From Eutreptiella sp. 'Long Island Sound 2002' (Eukaryota; Protista; Euglenida), in assembly GCA_964036045.1 (NCBI GenBank), contig OZ038378.1:156426001-156490000 (forward strand): a stretch of 64,000 nt of DNA, written 5' to 3'. The translations under genes and the position numbers were made by a program. Positions 45,601 to 56,400 of this stretch are shown here, piece after piece; position 1 is the first letter of the stretch, and each line of letters opens with the position of its first letter. Below the pieces are notes generated by a model. That model worked only from the letters and a program-made list of their open reading frames with translations. It was not told the DNA's origin and made no database searches.

Positions 45601-46941
45601 GGCTGCAGTGGTGGCAGGCGGTGCAGCAGCACCCTTTGCAGGAGAGGCTGCAGTGGTGGCAGGCGGTGCAGCAGCACCCTTTGCAGGAGAGGCTGCAGTG
45701 GTGGCAGGCGGTGCAGCAGCACCCTTTGCAGGAGAGGCTGCAGTGGTGGCAGGCGGTGCAGCAGCACCCTTTGCAGGAGAGGCTGCAGTGGTGGCAGGCG
45801 GTGCAGCAGCACGGGTCTTCTTGGCAGGCGGAGACTCACCGTGACCTGCCGATGCAGGACTCATGGAAGATGCAGGACTTGGGGGGGCAGCGGCAGCAGC
45901 AGTAGTGATGCTCTCGGCATCGGTGCCACTGGCCGGGGCACGGGGGACGTCCAGGCCGGTGGCCTTGGCGGGCTCAACGGAAGGGCTCGGCGGTGTTTGT
46001 GGCGCAGTGGCAAGGCTCGGGGCGCTCGGCGCAGTGGTGACGCCGCTGCTCTCCGCAGGGACTGCTGCTGCAGCGGTAGTCCCCGGGCCAACTGCAGCCG
46101 CGGTGCCCGCGGCTGCCACGGCTGTGGTACCGCTGGCGGTGGGACCGTTGTCATGAGGGTCTTGGTCAGTGGGCGAGGGTTCTGTGCCACCGCGAACGGG
46201 CGCCGCAGGAGTGGCGTCCGCGGTGGTGTCTTCTGCGGCGCATGGCACCGCAACGGAGGGTGAGGGCTGCGGCGGAGAAGTCGCCGTAGCGCTGTCCCGC
46301 TGCGCCTTCGATTCCGCTGCCGGGGGGGCACTTGTGGGCCTGAGATGGGCCGACTCGACTGCGGGGGCAGCCCGCGCTATACCGTCGGCCAGTGCCTGAG
46401 CGCCGGACGGTGCGGCAGGAGTCGGGGGCTCCACGGCCGGAGGCTTCGGGTTGGCAGCCGCTGAGGCGGCGACCTCAAACAGTTCCTCGGCCAAGTACTC
46501 CATGTTCCGATACGCGTACACCGCGGGCGACTGCTTCGGTTCGGCAAAGCGGATCACGACGGATTGGTCCCGAAGTCGGGTCCGGCCGCGCGGGTAAAAG
46601 GCCCGGACGCACGAGGCCGACTCGACGCTGTCCATGTGAATGAAGGCGCACGTCCGATTGCGGGCGATGTGCACGTACTCGACCTTCCCGAAGGGCTCTG
46701 CCAAGTCCCGGATCTCCTCGGGACGGACCTCCCCCGACAACTTGTTGACCCCTCCGACGTAGAGCACGGCACAAGGGCCGGGCTCTGGGCGTAGCGGACG
46801 CTGAAACGTCTTGGACCTGAACACGCCGATCCGTGGGATGCACATGGGTCTGCGATGCAGGGGAGCACACAAATTACTGCCGCGCCAGAATAGAATGACG
46901 CAAAAAAAAAACCGTACCACTCCCTGTTTGCCACACCACAT
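42682..46941 (-). CDS. RRM protein (PTB/hnRNP-L-type RRM; likely start ATG 46845) with a giant 15-aa repeat and CstF-64-C-like C-terminal motifs
   Basis: VLYVGG...LAEPFGKV...CAFIHMDSVESA..VRAFY....LRDQSVVIRFA matches the PTB RRM1 pattern. QLLQLSDAVLQSLPEDQRKALEYMQSRI resembles CSTF_C. Confidence 0.85.
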   Translation of the reverse strand: MWCGKQGVVRFFFCVILFWRGSNLCAPLHRRPMCIPRIGVFRSKTFQRPLRPEPGPCAVLYVGGVNKLSGEVRPEEIRDLAEPFGKVEYVHIARNRTCAFIHMDSVESASCVRAFYPRGRTRLRDQSVVIRFAEPKQSPAVYAYRNMEYLAEELFEVAASAAANPKPPAVEPPTPAAPSGAQALADGIARAAPAVESAHLRPTSAPPAAESKAQRDSATATSPPQPSPSVAVPCAAEDTTADATPAAPVRGGTEPSPTDQDPHDNGPTASGTTAVAAAGTAAAVGPGTTAAAAVPAESSGVTTAPSAPSLATAPQTPPSPSVEPAKATGLDVPRAPASGTDAESITTAAAAAPPSPASSMSPASAGHGESPPAKKTRAAAPPATTAASPAKGAAAPPATTAASPAKGAAAPPATTAASPAKGAAAPPATTAASPAKGAAAPPATTAASPAKGAAAPPATTAASPEKGAAAPPATTAASPAKGAAAPPATTAASPAKGAAAPPATTAASPAKGAAAPPATTAASPAKGAAAPPATTAASPAKGAAAPPATTAASPEKGAAAPPATTAASPAKGAAAPPATTAASPAKGAAAPPATTAASPAKGAAAPPATTAASPAKGAAAPPATTAASPAKGAAAPPATTTASPAKGAAAPPATTTASPAKGAAAPPATTAASPAKGAAAPPATTAASPAKGAAAPPATTAASPAKGAAAPPATTAASPAKGAAAPPATTAASPAKGAAAPPATTAASPAKGAAAPPATTAASPAKGAAAPPATTAASPAKGAAAPPATTAASPAKGAAAPPATTAASPAKGAAAPPATTAASPAKGAAAPPATTAASPEKGAAAPPATTAASPAKGAAAPPATTAASPEKCAAAPPATTAASPAKGAAAPPATTTASPAKGAAAPPATTAASPAKGAAAPPATTTASPAKGAAAPPATTTASPAKGAAAPPATTAASPAKGAAAPPATTAASPAKGAAAPPATTAASPAKGAAAPPATTAASPAKGAAAPPATTAASPAKGAAAPPATTAASPAKGAAAPPATTAASPAKGAAAPPATTAASPAKGAAAPPATTAASPAKGAAAPPATTAASPAKGAAAPPATTAASPAKGAAAPPATTAASPAKGAAAPPATTTASPAKGAAAPPATTTASPAKGAAAPPATTTASPAKGAAAPPATTTASPEKGAAAASPAKGDATPGSPATASAASAPLRAAAALPEEGSPPEGFAGGATPAPDEGPATSAAMPSAGAGAATAVLLDADPSASADASAPSLNAASPGTASNDADGEALGNEGATHSNDLRDAVLQGQRLFICPKKLQSLLTSTPEQYQTLPQAQQQRVQDFLSSVRAIVGADVVSQLCDMNAPQMQQLLQLSDAVLQSLPEDQRKALEYMQSRIRCAVVRGFELGVEGLMSVQLE
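43370..45810 (-). repeat. Coding 45-bp minisatellite, ~54 near-identical copies (AAAPPATTAASPAKG)
   Basis: Direct reading; only a few recurrent single-base variants. Confidence 0.95.
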
Positions 46942-48195
46942 GTCATTTAGGCATGTTCACATATGCGAAACCTCTGTTGCCCCAAGTCTCTCTTTGGAAG
47001 GTACCCCCTTTGTCACCGCTTTGGCAGGGGGGGTTACCACCAAAAATCAGTGATGGGGCAAAAATAACAGCACCGCCAGCTCAGAAGCAAAGACGCCTCC
47101 GAGCCATGTACATGCCTTCTGCCATTCTCAGAGCTCCAGAGGATTGTCTGCAACATCGACAACAAGCAGCAAGACCAGACACCGCACGCCCCCCCCTCCG
47201 ACTGAGAGGCCAATAGGCGCCGCCAAAGGCAAACACACCAAAACCAGGGCCTCATGCCAACCCCCCCCCCCCCCCGTGCCTACTGCTAAAACACCCATGA
47301 AAATAGATCTGAACCTCCGTGACATCGCATTGATGATGGTGCAGACTACTTACAGATGGCAATGGACCCTGACTCCCATACTTTTCACGACCATTCTTCA
47401 CCAACCTTCATCGACATGTGACGTTCAAACGCACATTTTGGCACAAGTGGTCACAAAGGTGCCGATGCGCCTTTTGCCTGTTGTCGTGGGGTTGGGGAGC
47501 ATCGGAACAAATGGGCTTGTCTGGGGCCATTTGAGGGCATCTGGAAGGGGGGCAATTCACGGGCCTTTCGAGGAAAGCACATTCCACACATCGCGTGCAG
47601 TGTGGGCGTAGCGCGAGGGCAGTGCAAGGCTCCCCTGCGTGTGTATGTGCCTAGAGGGGGTGGCGCCATATTATAGAGGAAGGCCTGTATGGGTCTGCAG
47701 GTGGGTCAGAGAGGCGGGCCCCTGTGCTTCAGAGAATGACACTCGTGGTGTCTGCACTGGCGCCCTCCGTGTACGCCACCCTCACCTAGGCCAGAGCCTC
47801 TGGCCTTGAGGTCTTGAGATGTGTGTGTGCCTAGAGGCTCCTTCTCTCCTGAGGCATCCGACTTTGCACCAACGCCACTGCACGGCGGCACCCCTTCATG
47901 CAGCCCGGAGACCGTCGACAGAGGGATGGTAGGGGCAAAAGGAACGTCTGTCATGGCGTGTGGTCCGCTCCACAATGTCTAGGGGCTGGCTCATTGGACC
48001 TCATACAACACCCAGTGCGCGGCAGCCCGACACCTCGGCGAGGCCCTGCGATCAAGCTAGTGCGGTCCCTCGGAAAAATTTCTTGTGCTGCGGCATGCTG
48101 CGGCATGCTTCTACCTGCACATGTGGGTACCTACGCTTCTGTGGTAAATGGAACTCACATGCAAGAGACGACATGCACAACACTGGTGGGCCGAA

Positions 48196-48900
48196 TTAAT
48201 CACTTTCACCATCCGGATCGTCTGTAGTGGGTTTGTTGACATACATCATAGCCAAATGGCGCAAAGTGTTGTTGCCCATATGCAAACGGTCCTTTGTCTG
48301 GATGTGGCCCATCAGACTGAACGTTCGCTCAACATGGCAAGCAGAGCGTGGTCGTCGGACAAAGAAAACAGCAAGGCAGACAGGCACATGAACGCAAAAA
48401 AATTGATGCTGCGGCATGCTGCGATCGCATTGGACAGTACCACGAGACAACATGCCCTTGAGGCTCCCGTTTCACTGGTATGGCACAAAGATGACGAAGA
48501 AAAAATTCGTGGAAACCCCTGACTGACGGAAACAATTCATCAAGGACGGGAACACAAAAGTTGTGTACGAAACCCTTAAGTCTGCCCAGTGTTGAATTGA
48601 GTTCCTTGAGCGCCTTGCTGTTGCAGCCCACAGGCCAGGCAGCTGGATGACTGGATGGTCCATGGCAATGCAGTTGTTGGTGCGCGGTACTCGATCGGAT
48701 GCACGACACCTCGGATATGACCTGCTGGCGGAGACCATGCAATGCTACCAAAGGGACGCAGCCCCTGTGGGTGTCCCTGGTGACTGGCCAGGGGCGCGTA
48801 TGCACTACGCCGCACGGTGCATGTGACCAATGCGCAGCCCAGAAGAATTGCATGCAAACACGGCAGGACCTTCCAACACCGGGGAACATCATCCAAAGGG
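48196..48900 (-). pseudogene. hAT transposase C-terminal (dimerisation domain) fragment
   Basis: SACHVERTFSLMGHIQTKDRLHMGNNTLRHLAMMYVN. Confidence 0.8.
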
Positions 48901-49585
48901 ACGGCATACGGAGATGGTGCAAGAGCACACCCGAAAATGCTTCAAATTGGTTGTCTGAGGACGAAAATTGTCAGGATTGCCAGAAAAAAATGCTTTTTTT
49001 TTTAACCCGTAGCGATTGTTCCACCAAGTGTCCGCTGTGCGTACACAGAGCAGTGCAATTGTTCGCTGACAGGCCAGGTTAAGGGTCATTCCCTCGGGCG
49101 CCCCTGTCCCTTAACCCAGAAAGGTTAACCCAGAAAAAAATGCTTCTCATGGAGGCCATCCATTCGGCACCGAATTAATTTGGGCAAAAACAACAATACA
49201 GGTTTGGCTGGTTCTCTGGATCCTCCCTGCCCTCAAGACACGGGCACAGTAAAAGTCGAACAACCATCTGACGGGCGGGAGCGCGCGGCACACTGCACAC
49301 TGTGGAAGAGAGAGGCAGTGACGCCAAACTGGGGTTTCCGGGGAAAGCCGGGTCCTACAGGCCGAGTGGCGTAGGAAGGGGCACGTTCCCAGCTTTCGAA
49401 TGCCGTGCGGGCGACACGCAGCTGTTGTATGGCCGGCGAATCGCGACATGAGCCCATGGGTGGCAGAGCACCAAGCAGCCGCCATGTGGAATACCCCTCC
49501 TGTGTCAAACAGCCCAATACCCCAAACATGCGTGATCGATTCATCGGAGGAAACGGGATGGTGTGCCACACGGGCGCGCGCACGC

Positions 49586-50059
49586 TCACGTCCTCACGCA
49601 CCTTTTGGCGGCAGGGTCCTCTTCAGATGAAGGGTCATCAGGCTCCAGATTCAAAAACGCCTCTTGCCTGCGGCGCTTGTTCTCTTCTTGCACTTCCTTC
49701 GGGACCAGCACCGGCTTGCGTGTCTTGCGGGCCTCCGCCAACTGGGCAGCAACGACCTTCTTGGCATGGGCATCCAGCTCCTGGGCTACGGCAGTGTTTG
49801 GCAGCAGCACGCACCTCACGTTGCGCGAGTGAATGAAGAGGACCGGGTGGGTCTGCGCTCTGTGTCCCCCTCTGGCACTTTTGTACGTGACATTCCGGAG
49901 GGTCAGATTCTTGTGCACGTCCACCTCCTCCACATCGCCGGTGATCTCGGTGTTGTTGTGCAGCTCCACGGTCACGGTCTGGCCTTCCATTACGCCGAGC
50001 ACGACCCCCAAGTCGAATTTAGGGGCGCGCTTTCGCAAGTGACTTGCATATGGGCGCAT
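49586..50059 (-). CDS. Sm-fold protein, LSm10-like (SmD1/D3 class)
   Basis: Sm1 GQTVTVELHNNTEITGDVEEVDVHKNLTLRNVTY and Sm2 LFIHSRNVRCVLLP. The VTY..G, LF and RNVR features fit LSm10 better than SmD1 or SmD3. Confidence 0.85.
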   Translation of the reverse strand: MRPYASHLRKRAPKFDLGVVLGVMEGQTVTVELHNNTEITGDVEEVDVHKNLTLRNVTYKSARGGHRAQTHPVLFIHSRNVRCVLLPNTAVAQELDAHAKKVVAAQLAEARKTRKPVLVPKEVQEENKRRRQEAFLNLEPDDPSSEEDPAAKRCVRT

Positions 50060-51187
50060 GACTGCCCCTTAAAATGAGAGGCACTCGGTCCCTCTGAAGT
50101 GCATGGCAAATGAGACAGGGTAGACCAAAAGTAGCCTGATTCACAGGTGAGGCTGAAATGGGCGTTGTCAGAGGTGGCGGCAGCCAGCCAAAATTTTGTG
50201 TTCGACAACACAAAATCCGAGCAGGGTGGAGGGGTTTCTCCACAAAACAGCAATACAAACGAACCAAGGGGGAATTTGCGCACAGGACATGCAGTGCGCA
50301 CGTTGTTGGGGTACGTTTGCAGGAACCACCTCGAACACCACATGCACCGGCAAAAGGCTGTCAAAAAAACGATAAAGGACTGCCAATTCCTGTCCAAATT
50401 GTCTCATAGCCTTTTGTGCATTGGGGGGGGTGGCTGCCAGGCGTGCACCCATCGAGCTACTTTTGGGCAAGTGTCCTACACTTTAATCCCAAGCTCACCC
50501 TCCCCTGGAAAATCCCGGGAGCACTCCAGAAGATTGGCACCATTCCAACCAAATCAACCACAGAACCATCCTTGTGAAACACACAACACAACACCAAACT
50601 GCAAATGCAAACAACAAATGTGACAGCTATTGTGCTTCATAAACAGTGTTGTGCCCACAAGTGTGTGGGTCAATACATTTAGTGCAATGATTTTTCGTAC
50701 ATTCACCACAAAATGTGGTGTTGATAATACAAATAAACACACCAAACACATCCCCACCATCACCTTGCAAGGCCGCCATAATGGTTGCACCAGTGGAAGT
50801 CCAGTGGTTCACACAAGCGGCCATCTAAATATCATACACCAGGGGTGGATATAGTGGGGGGGGGGGGTGGTCCCCCCCCAGCCCCCCCCCCCCCCCCCGA
50901 TGACGATTACGATTACGATTTACCCGTGTGACTGAACGGCAGTTTTGCCAGCAGTTTGACAACAGGACTGATGGCCAAAAAAAGCGCCAGCGGTTTGGGT
51001 CCAGCTGGGATGGAACCCAGGAAACCTATTACTCAAGGCTGTGCATATACCACTGTACTACTGCAGCAATCTGCCCTCCCTGACACAAGACACTACACTG
51101 CACAGTGCTTTATGTATCCCATGAAGACAGTCCACAGCGTGCAATTATTTCTTGACACATTTTGCCAAAATGGCTTGCAGTTCAGAA

Positions 51188-54100
51188 TCATCTGTGTCTG
51201 CACTGCCTGAGCTGGAGCTGTCTGAGCTGGACACCACTGGACGAGGCTCCAGACGAGCTACTGGATGAATCTGCAGCAGGCGCATTGGCAGCCATGCAAA
51301 TTTCCTGCAGGGCATTGTCATCCCCGCTGTCATCACAGGTTTGTACAACAAGAACCTTGCGCTTTTTTCCCTTGTCACTCCGGGTCTTGCGCTTGCGTGT
51401 TTGGAAGCGCCTACGATCCCCAAACTTTGCTGCAGCCCACGCAGATGCTACAGAGGCTACAGGAAATTCCTGTGGGTCTGGGGTATCTTGCTTTCCAATC
51501 AAATGTATGCTTATACTGTCCCAGGACATCGAACTCCTCAGTGCTGTTGCAATACTGTTGAGCGCAGAAATAGCACGCTCAGCATCAGCACTTGAGGGAC
51601 ACGCCAATACAATAATTGTGGCATACAACCGCAAGCACATCGCAAATTGCTTGTTGCTTACCACAGCACTCCAAAACAGCAAAAAGCCGGATGCTGTGCA
51701 AGCTTTTTCCTGGTCCTCCTTGCTGCTTGCAAAAAAAGATTCTTTTGCCCTGCCAAAAATTGGTGCCATGCACCAATTAGGCCAGGGACAGCTTTACCGT
51801 AGCGTTCCTCCACAGCGACCACCGACTGCTTTTCACTGTCTGTCACTGTGTTGGCTGTCCAACGCCTGGGATCAGCCACAGCCATATCAACATACAACTG
51901 ATTTTCAAATCTGTGGCTGATCTCTGTCAACATGGCCTGCCGCAACTGTTTGGCCGCAGACCAGCCATTATTTGCTTTTTGGGTGGACAACTGTTGGCCA
52001 TCGAGATGCACTGTTTTTGCCTCTTTATTTACAGTTGCGGACGCCAGAAATGCCTGTGTGTAGGGTCCGTTCTGGGTCTGGAGACCCTGAAGGTCCTGCT
52101 TCACACTGGCCAAGCTGAAACTGATACGGGCTGCACACGCAGCCTGTTCCTGTCCTTCCAAGGACAGGGGTTTTAGGCAGGTTAGGGTGTCCCGCAAGTG
52201 GGACATGTAAACCAAAAAACAAACCGACTGAAGTTCAGTCAAAAGACTTCCATACAAATCCACCTTTGTACGCCGTTTGGTCTGCGCTTTGCCTGCATCA
52301 TGTTTCGGATTTTCGGCAGCCGCATCGATTTTGCCCTACAAGACCTCAATGTGCGCAGCCAAAATCCGGCAGGTTGCGTCCCGATTGTGCCCCACACTGG
52401 CCAAGAGGCGCAGCATGGGTTCAATCCATCGCTGCACCACCTTGCCCTGCCAAGCTGCAGCGCTCCCGCCATCGCGTTCCATCAACTCAGCAACCTGCTC
52501 GGCCAGCAAATTTGACGTACGCATGACACGACTGATTTCCCTGATGGTCTCCACAAAGGTGGCATGATACGGCACCGGTTTGGCCGCGTTTCGCATTGCC
52601 GTCTCCAGGCAGGAAATCATATTAAGGAGCAATAGTCCATGGGGCTTCTACCCATTCCAGCCCCCAAACTCACCCAAGGGGCAAGTCGCGCGGGTTTCTG
52701 GAGAGCTGCCGCCCTGTATGACAAGAGGCTCCCCCCTCCGTCCTTTAGGTTGCCTCACGTGAGGCCCGTCCATGCTTCATGAGCCCCTCCGCGCTGTTGG
52801 AAGACAGAGCACCCTCCTGCATGCTGTACAGCATGGTGGAGTGTCGTGCATGGGGGTCACGAACCCATCCCTGGCCCTGTCGGGCCATGCCAGGCAATTC
52901 CGTGCAGGGACGCTGTGCTCCGCGAAGAGAGGGAAAGGTAAAGGGGTTAGGGGGCCACTCCCCCACGGAGGGTGGGGTAGAGTACTGGACTTCGTACTGA
53001 CCCATGTCCTCATCGCACTCACGATGAGTGCTGCCCGCTCGTGAGGCAGACATCACGCTCTCAAAAAGTGGCGCCAGCAGGGTGGGGGGCAGATCGGGGG
53101 GGGTAGAACACCGGACGGCATATTGTTGCACGTCCTCATCAGACGCACTCTGAGTGCTATCCCTTCGCGGGGTAGACATGGCGCTCTCAAATGGGGGCGC
53201 CAGCAGGACGGGGGGCAGGTGAGGTGAATCCTGCTGTCGGTCAGACCCCCCCCCTGGTGTGCATGCGGGCGACCAATGCTCTGGGGACACATGCCGCACT
53301 GAGTGCCAACTGGAAGTCACCGCCGGCGACCATGCCGGAGATGGCGAGAATTGCCCTGGCCTACTCAGCACCCGCGGAGACGGGGTGCTAGTTACGTTGA
53401 ACCCCATCGGAGGGCCGGTGGGCAGGACGGCGGTGCGCGAAGTCCGCGCGTGGGGCCCTGGTTCCCTTCGGGGCTGTAGCGGTTGTGGCCTTGCTTGAGG
53501 CATTCGGATCTGCTGCAACATCCTTGCTATCCCCGGGGGGATGTCGCGTCCCTTTTCGTGTGGAGGCTGCTCCGGGCTTCGTGTCGGTAGTGGGGTGCGC
53601 TGCCCCTCTGGGGTGCTTACCACCACTATGCGTGACGCACGCTCACGAGTGATAGCTCCTGTGAGCTGTAGGTATGAGAGCGCATGCCTGGACATGGGGA
53701 GGGGAGCTCCGGCTGGGCTCCCGTGACGGTCTGGGGCCTCCAGGGCCGTATGTGACCGCGCATCCCCTTGCTGTAGCTGGGGTCGCTTGCGTCGTGGGCT
53801 CCCCGGCCGTTCTGTGACCGACTGCCGCCTTTTGACCCCTCGGGGCACCCGTGCAGGTGGTGCCCTACGCCGTGACTTCCTCAGTGCCGGGTTCCCTGAC
53901 CGGTGAACGGATCGGGCCCTGGGAGCGCGTGTGCGGGGCACTGCGTGTGGCGGTGAGGACCGCGCGGGGCCGTATCTGGGCCCCGCTGTCGCTCGTCGGT
54001 AGCGTCCCCCGGTGTTGATGGGCTCAGATTCCCACGAGGACGACGAGGAGAAGACCTCCGGGGTAGAGGGCCCTTCCTCCGAGGTGTATTCCATCTGCAC

Positions 54101-56400
54101 CGGGGGTGACGGCGACGGCGGAGCCCATCCTAGAGGTGCATCCGGGGGAGTTAGCGCATCTACGCGCTGAGACAAATCGCTGGGCGCTGCCGCTCGCCCC
54201 GCCGGCAGTGCCGCTTGGTGACTCGAGCCCACTGCAGCTACATCAGGTGGAGGCGGGGCCGCCTGCTTGGCAGGTCGGAGCAACCGGTAGGGCCGCGTGG
54301 GGGGAGCTCTAGGGTTGCGGTGTGCTGGAAAGTAGTCAGCCGCAAACAAAGTGGCGCTCTTCTTACCTCCTCCTCTGCCGGTGAGATGCCTGGGGGTGTG
54401 CATAGCAGGCAGCAGCGACGATGTGTACTTGAGCTTGGGAATGCGCTCCCTGATGCTGGGGCTGGACTCCGTTGCTTCCCGCCGTTCCTTGGCCCGCTGG
54501 GCATTTCTCCGTCTCGTGTCCGGTGAGGGGGGCGGTGCCTGTAGCACAGCCGTCCAGCGCAGCTCACAGTACTCTTGCAGGTTTTGTAGGAGTTTCAGCA
54601 TGTCCGGGCGCCGTGTGAAGTATGGTCTCGCAGACACACCCACTACTGTGGGGGCCCCCAGTGGGACTAGGGAGGAGCATTTGGTAAGCACACCACCTGG
54701 TAGCACGGCCCCAGCCACGCTCAGCTTTTGCAAGGTCGCTAGGGCAAGCTTTAGAACCCTTGCCCTTTCTGGTAGCGGGAGGGCAGTCGCCCGATACACA
54801 GCCTGGGGTGAGGCCGGCAAGGTGCGCACCGCGAAGCACTCAAAGTCCATCGCTAGCTCCATGAAGGAGACTTGCCCTTTCCCTGGTATCCAGACCAGCT
54901 CGTTGACCCATCGTAGCAGATCGTCACGAAAGTCGGAGTCCCACCGCCACTCTTGAGCTGTGGGTTGGCGAATCCGCAGCTTCTCCCTGTGCCCCGGCCG
55001 CGGTAGCGGCCCGATGAACTGCCAGAATGGGTACCCTCTGCCTTGTTTCGTCTTAGGCTGGTCAAAGAGCTGCACATCTTCCCGGTGTGCCCGCGCCCGC
55101 AGAATTTGCAGCACCATTTCGCATTGCCGTCTCCATCTCATGGGAAATGTCGATAATGTGCGTACTGGCTGTAAAACAGTAAAACAGTGACAGGGTCTCC
55201 ATGCAGATGTACCGGACTTTGACAATGTCCGGTGCACCGCGCATGTGTTTCTTGTGGGCCCCATCTGTGATGAGGCCCCAGACTGGAGACATGGCCAGCC
55301 CATTTACGGTCAAGCCCAGCTCGCGACGAACAATGCCGTGCTGCATGGACAGGCATACTTTGCGGGACGTCCCATAAGCATTTTGCATGCCAGGAGCGTT
55401 ACATTGTCCCAACAAATTGCACAGCTTGGGGAACTCAGAATCCGCGTGACTGTTTTGTTTTGCAAACAGTACAGGGCGGTGCGAACTTTTGCACAATCAT
55501 GTGCAAAAATCAGCTGCCCCTTGGTTTGCGGTGCTTCCCGCGCCTGTTCCCCCCAACTGAAAAGCTCAGGGAAGTTGGTGGGCACTGATTTTTTGTCCAT
55601 TTTTTCCTGGGCAATTTGGAGTGCACACAGCAGCTGCACCGACTCCTTCATGTGAGCGCGAACAATTTCCTTTGCTGCAGCTCGTGCCTCATTCATACCC
55701 GTATCTGCGAAAAAAATGTCACTGCGCACTACATGGGAACGGTCCCATCGGGGCAGTAGCCACCTTGCGCACATGAACTTCAGCGGGGTGCGGCCCTGTA
55801 ATACCGGTGCAACATACTCTTGTTGTGGCTTTTCTTGTACCTTGGTCATCAGATCCTTGTACTCCTCAGGAAGAGCGGGCTCCAGTTTCTGGCTTGCCTG
55901 CTCTGTGGCAGCTGCCACAAAACCCACCAACTTCGGCATGGGAGTACCCTTCATAATTTTTGCAGTCCATTTTTGCGCCCCATTATAAATGTCGTCGGGG
56001 ATGCCCTTCAAACTAGGATAGCCGGGAAACCAGAAAAATGCCTGTGTGACCTCCTGGTGGGTAGTTGTAGGTGACGGTGGTGGTTGCGGCATTGGAGACC
56101 CAAACATTTGAAACATTGTTTTCTGGGTCGTTTTCGTGGGTTTGCAAAAAACAGGTGCAGGACAAGTTCGATCCAGCCCTGCTGGAGGCGGCCTTGCGAC
56201 GGACAGAGATAAACATGCAGCAGCCAGAGCGCTGACAGCTGCTGCTGCTATCACACGACGTTGTTGCATATCCTCCTGGTTTGCCTGCTGTTGTGCTGCC
56301 TGGTCTGCCTTCTTCTTGTCCCGCTGCTTGCGACTGTTGCAGGCGTTGCGTGTCCCACACTTGGGCACATGGGAACATTTATCCGGTGTCCAGATTTGGC
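51188..56400 (-). pseudogene. hAT transposase, split at 52608-55116
   Basis: CWDNVT (D1), GLITDGA (D2), ISHEMETAMRN|AAKPVPY across the insertion, QRW, CPSSADAERAIS (E, dimerisation domain). Confidence 0.85.
52608..55116 (-). mobile_element. 5'-truncated non-LTR retrotransposon with 19-bp TSD
   Basis: TTTCGCATTGCCGTCTCCA at 52589-52607 and 55117-55135. WVNELVW...VSFMELAMDFE resembles non-LTR C-terminal domains, followed by a long Pro/Arg/Ser-rich open tail. Confidence 0.75.

Noticed and set aside
42969-45905. Long ORFs in alternative frames and on the opposite strand (956, 948, 313, 289 aa and others)
   Set aside because: These are by-products of a nearly stop-free 45-bp repeat; only the RRM frame has recognisable domains.
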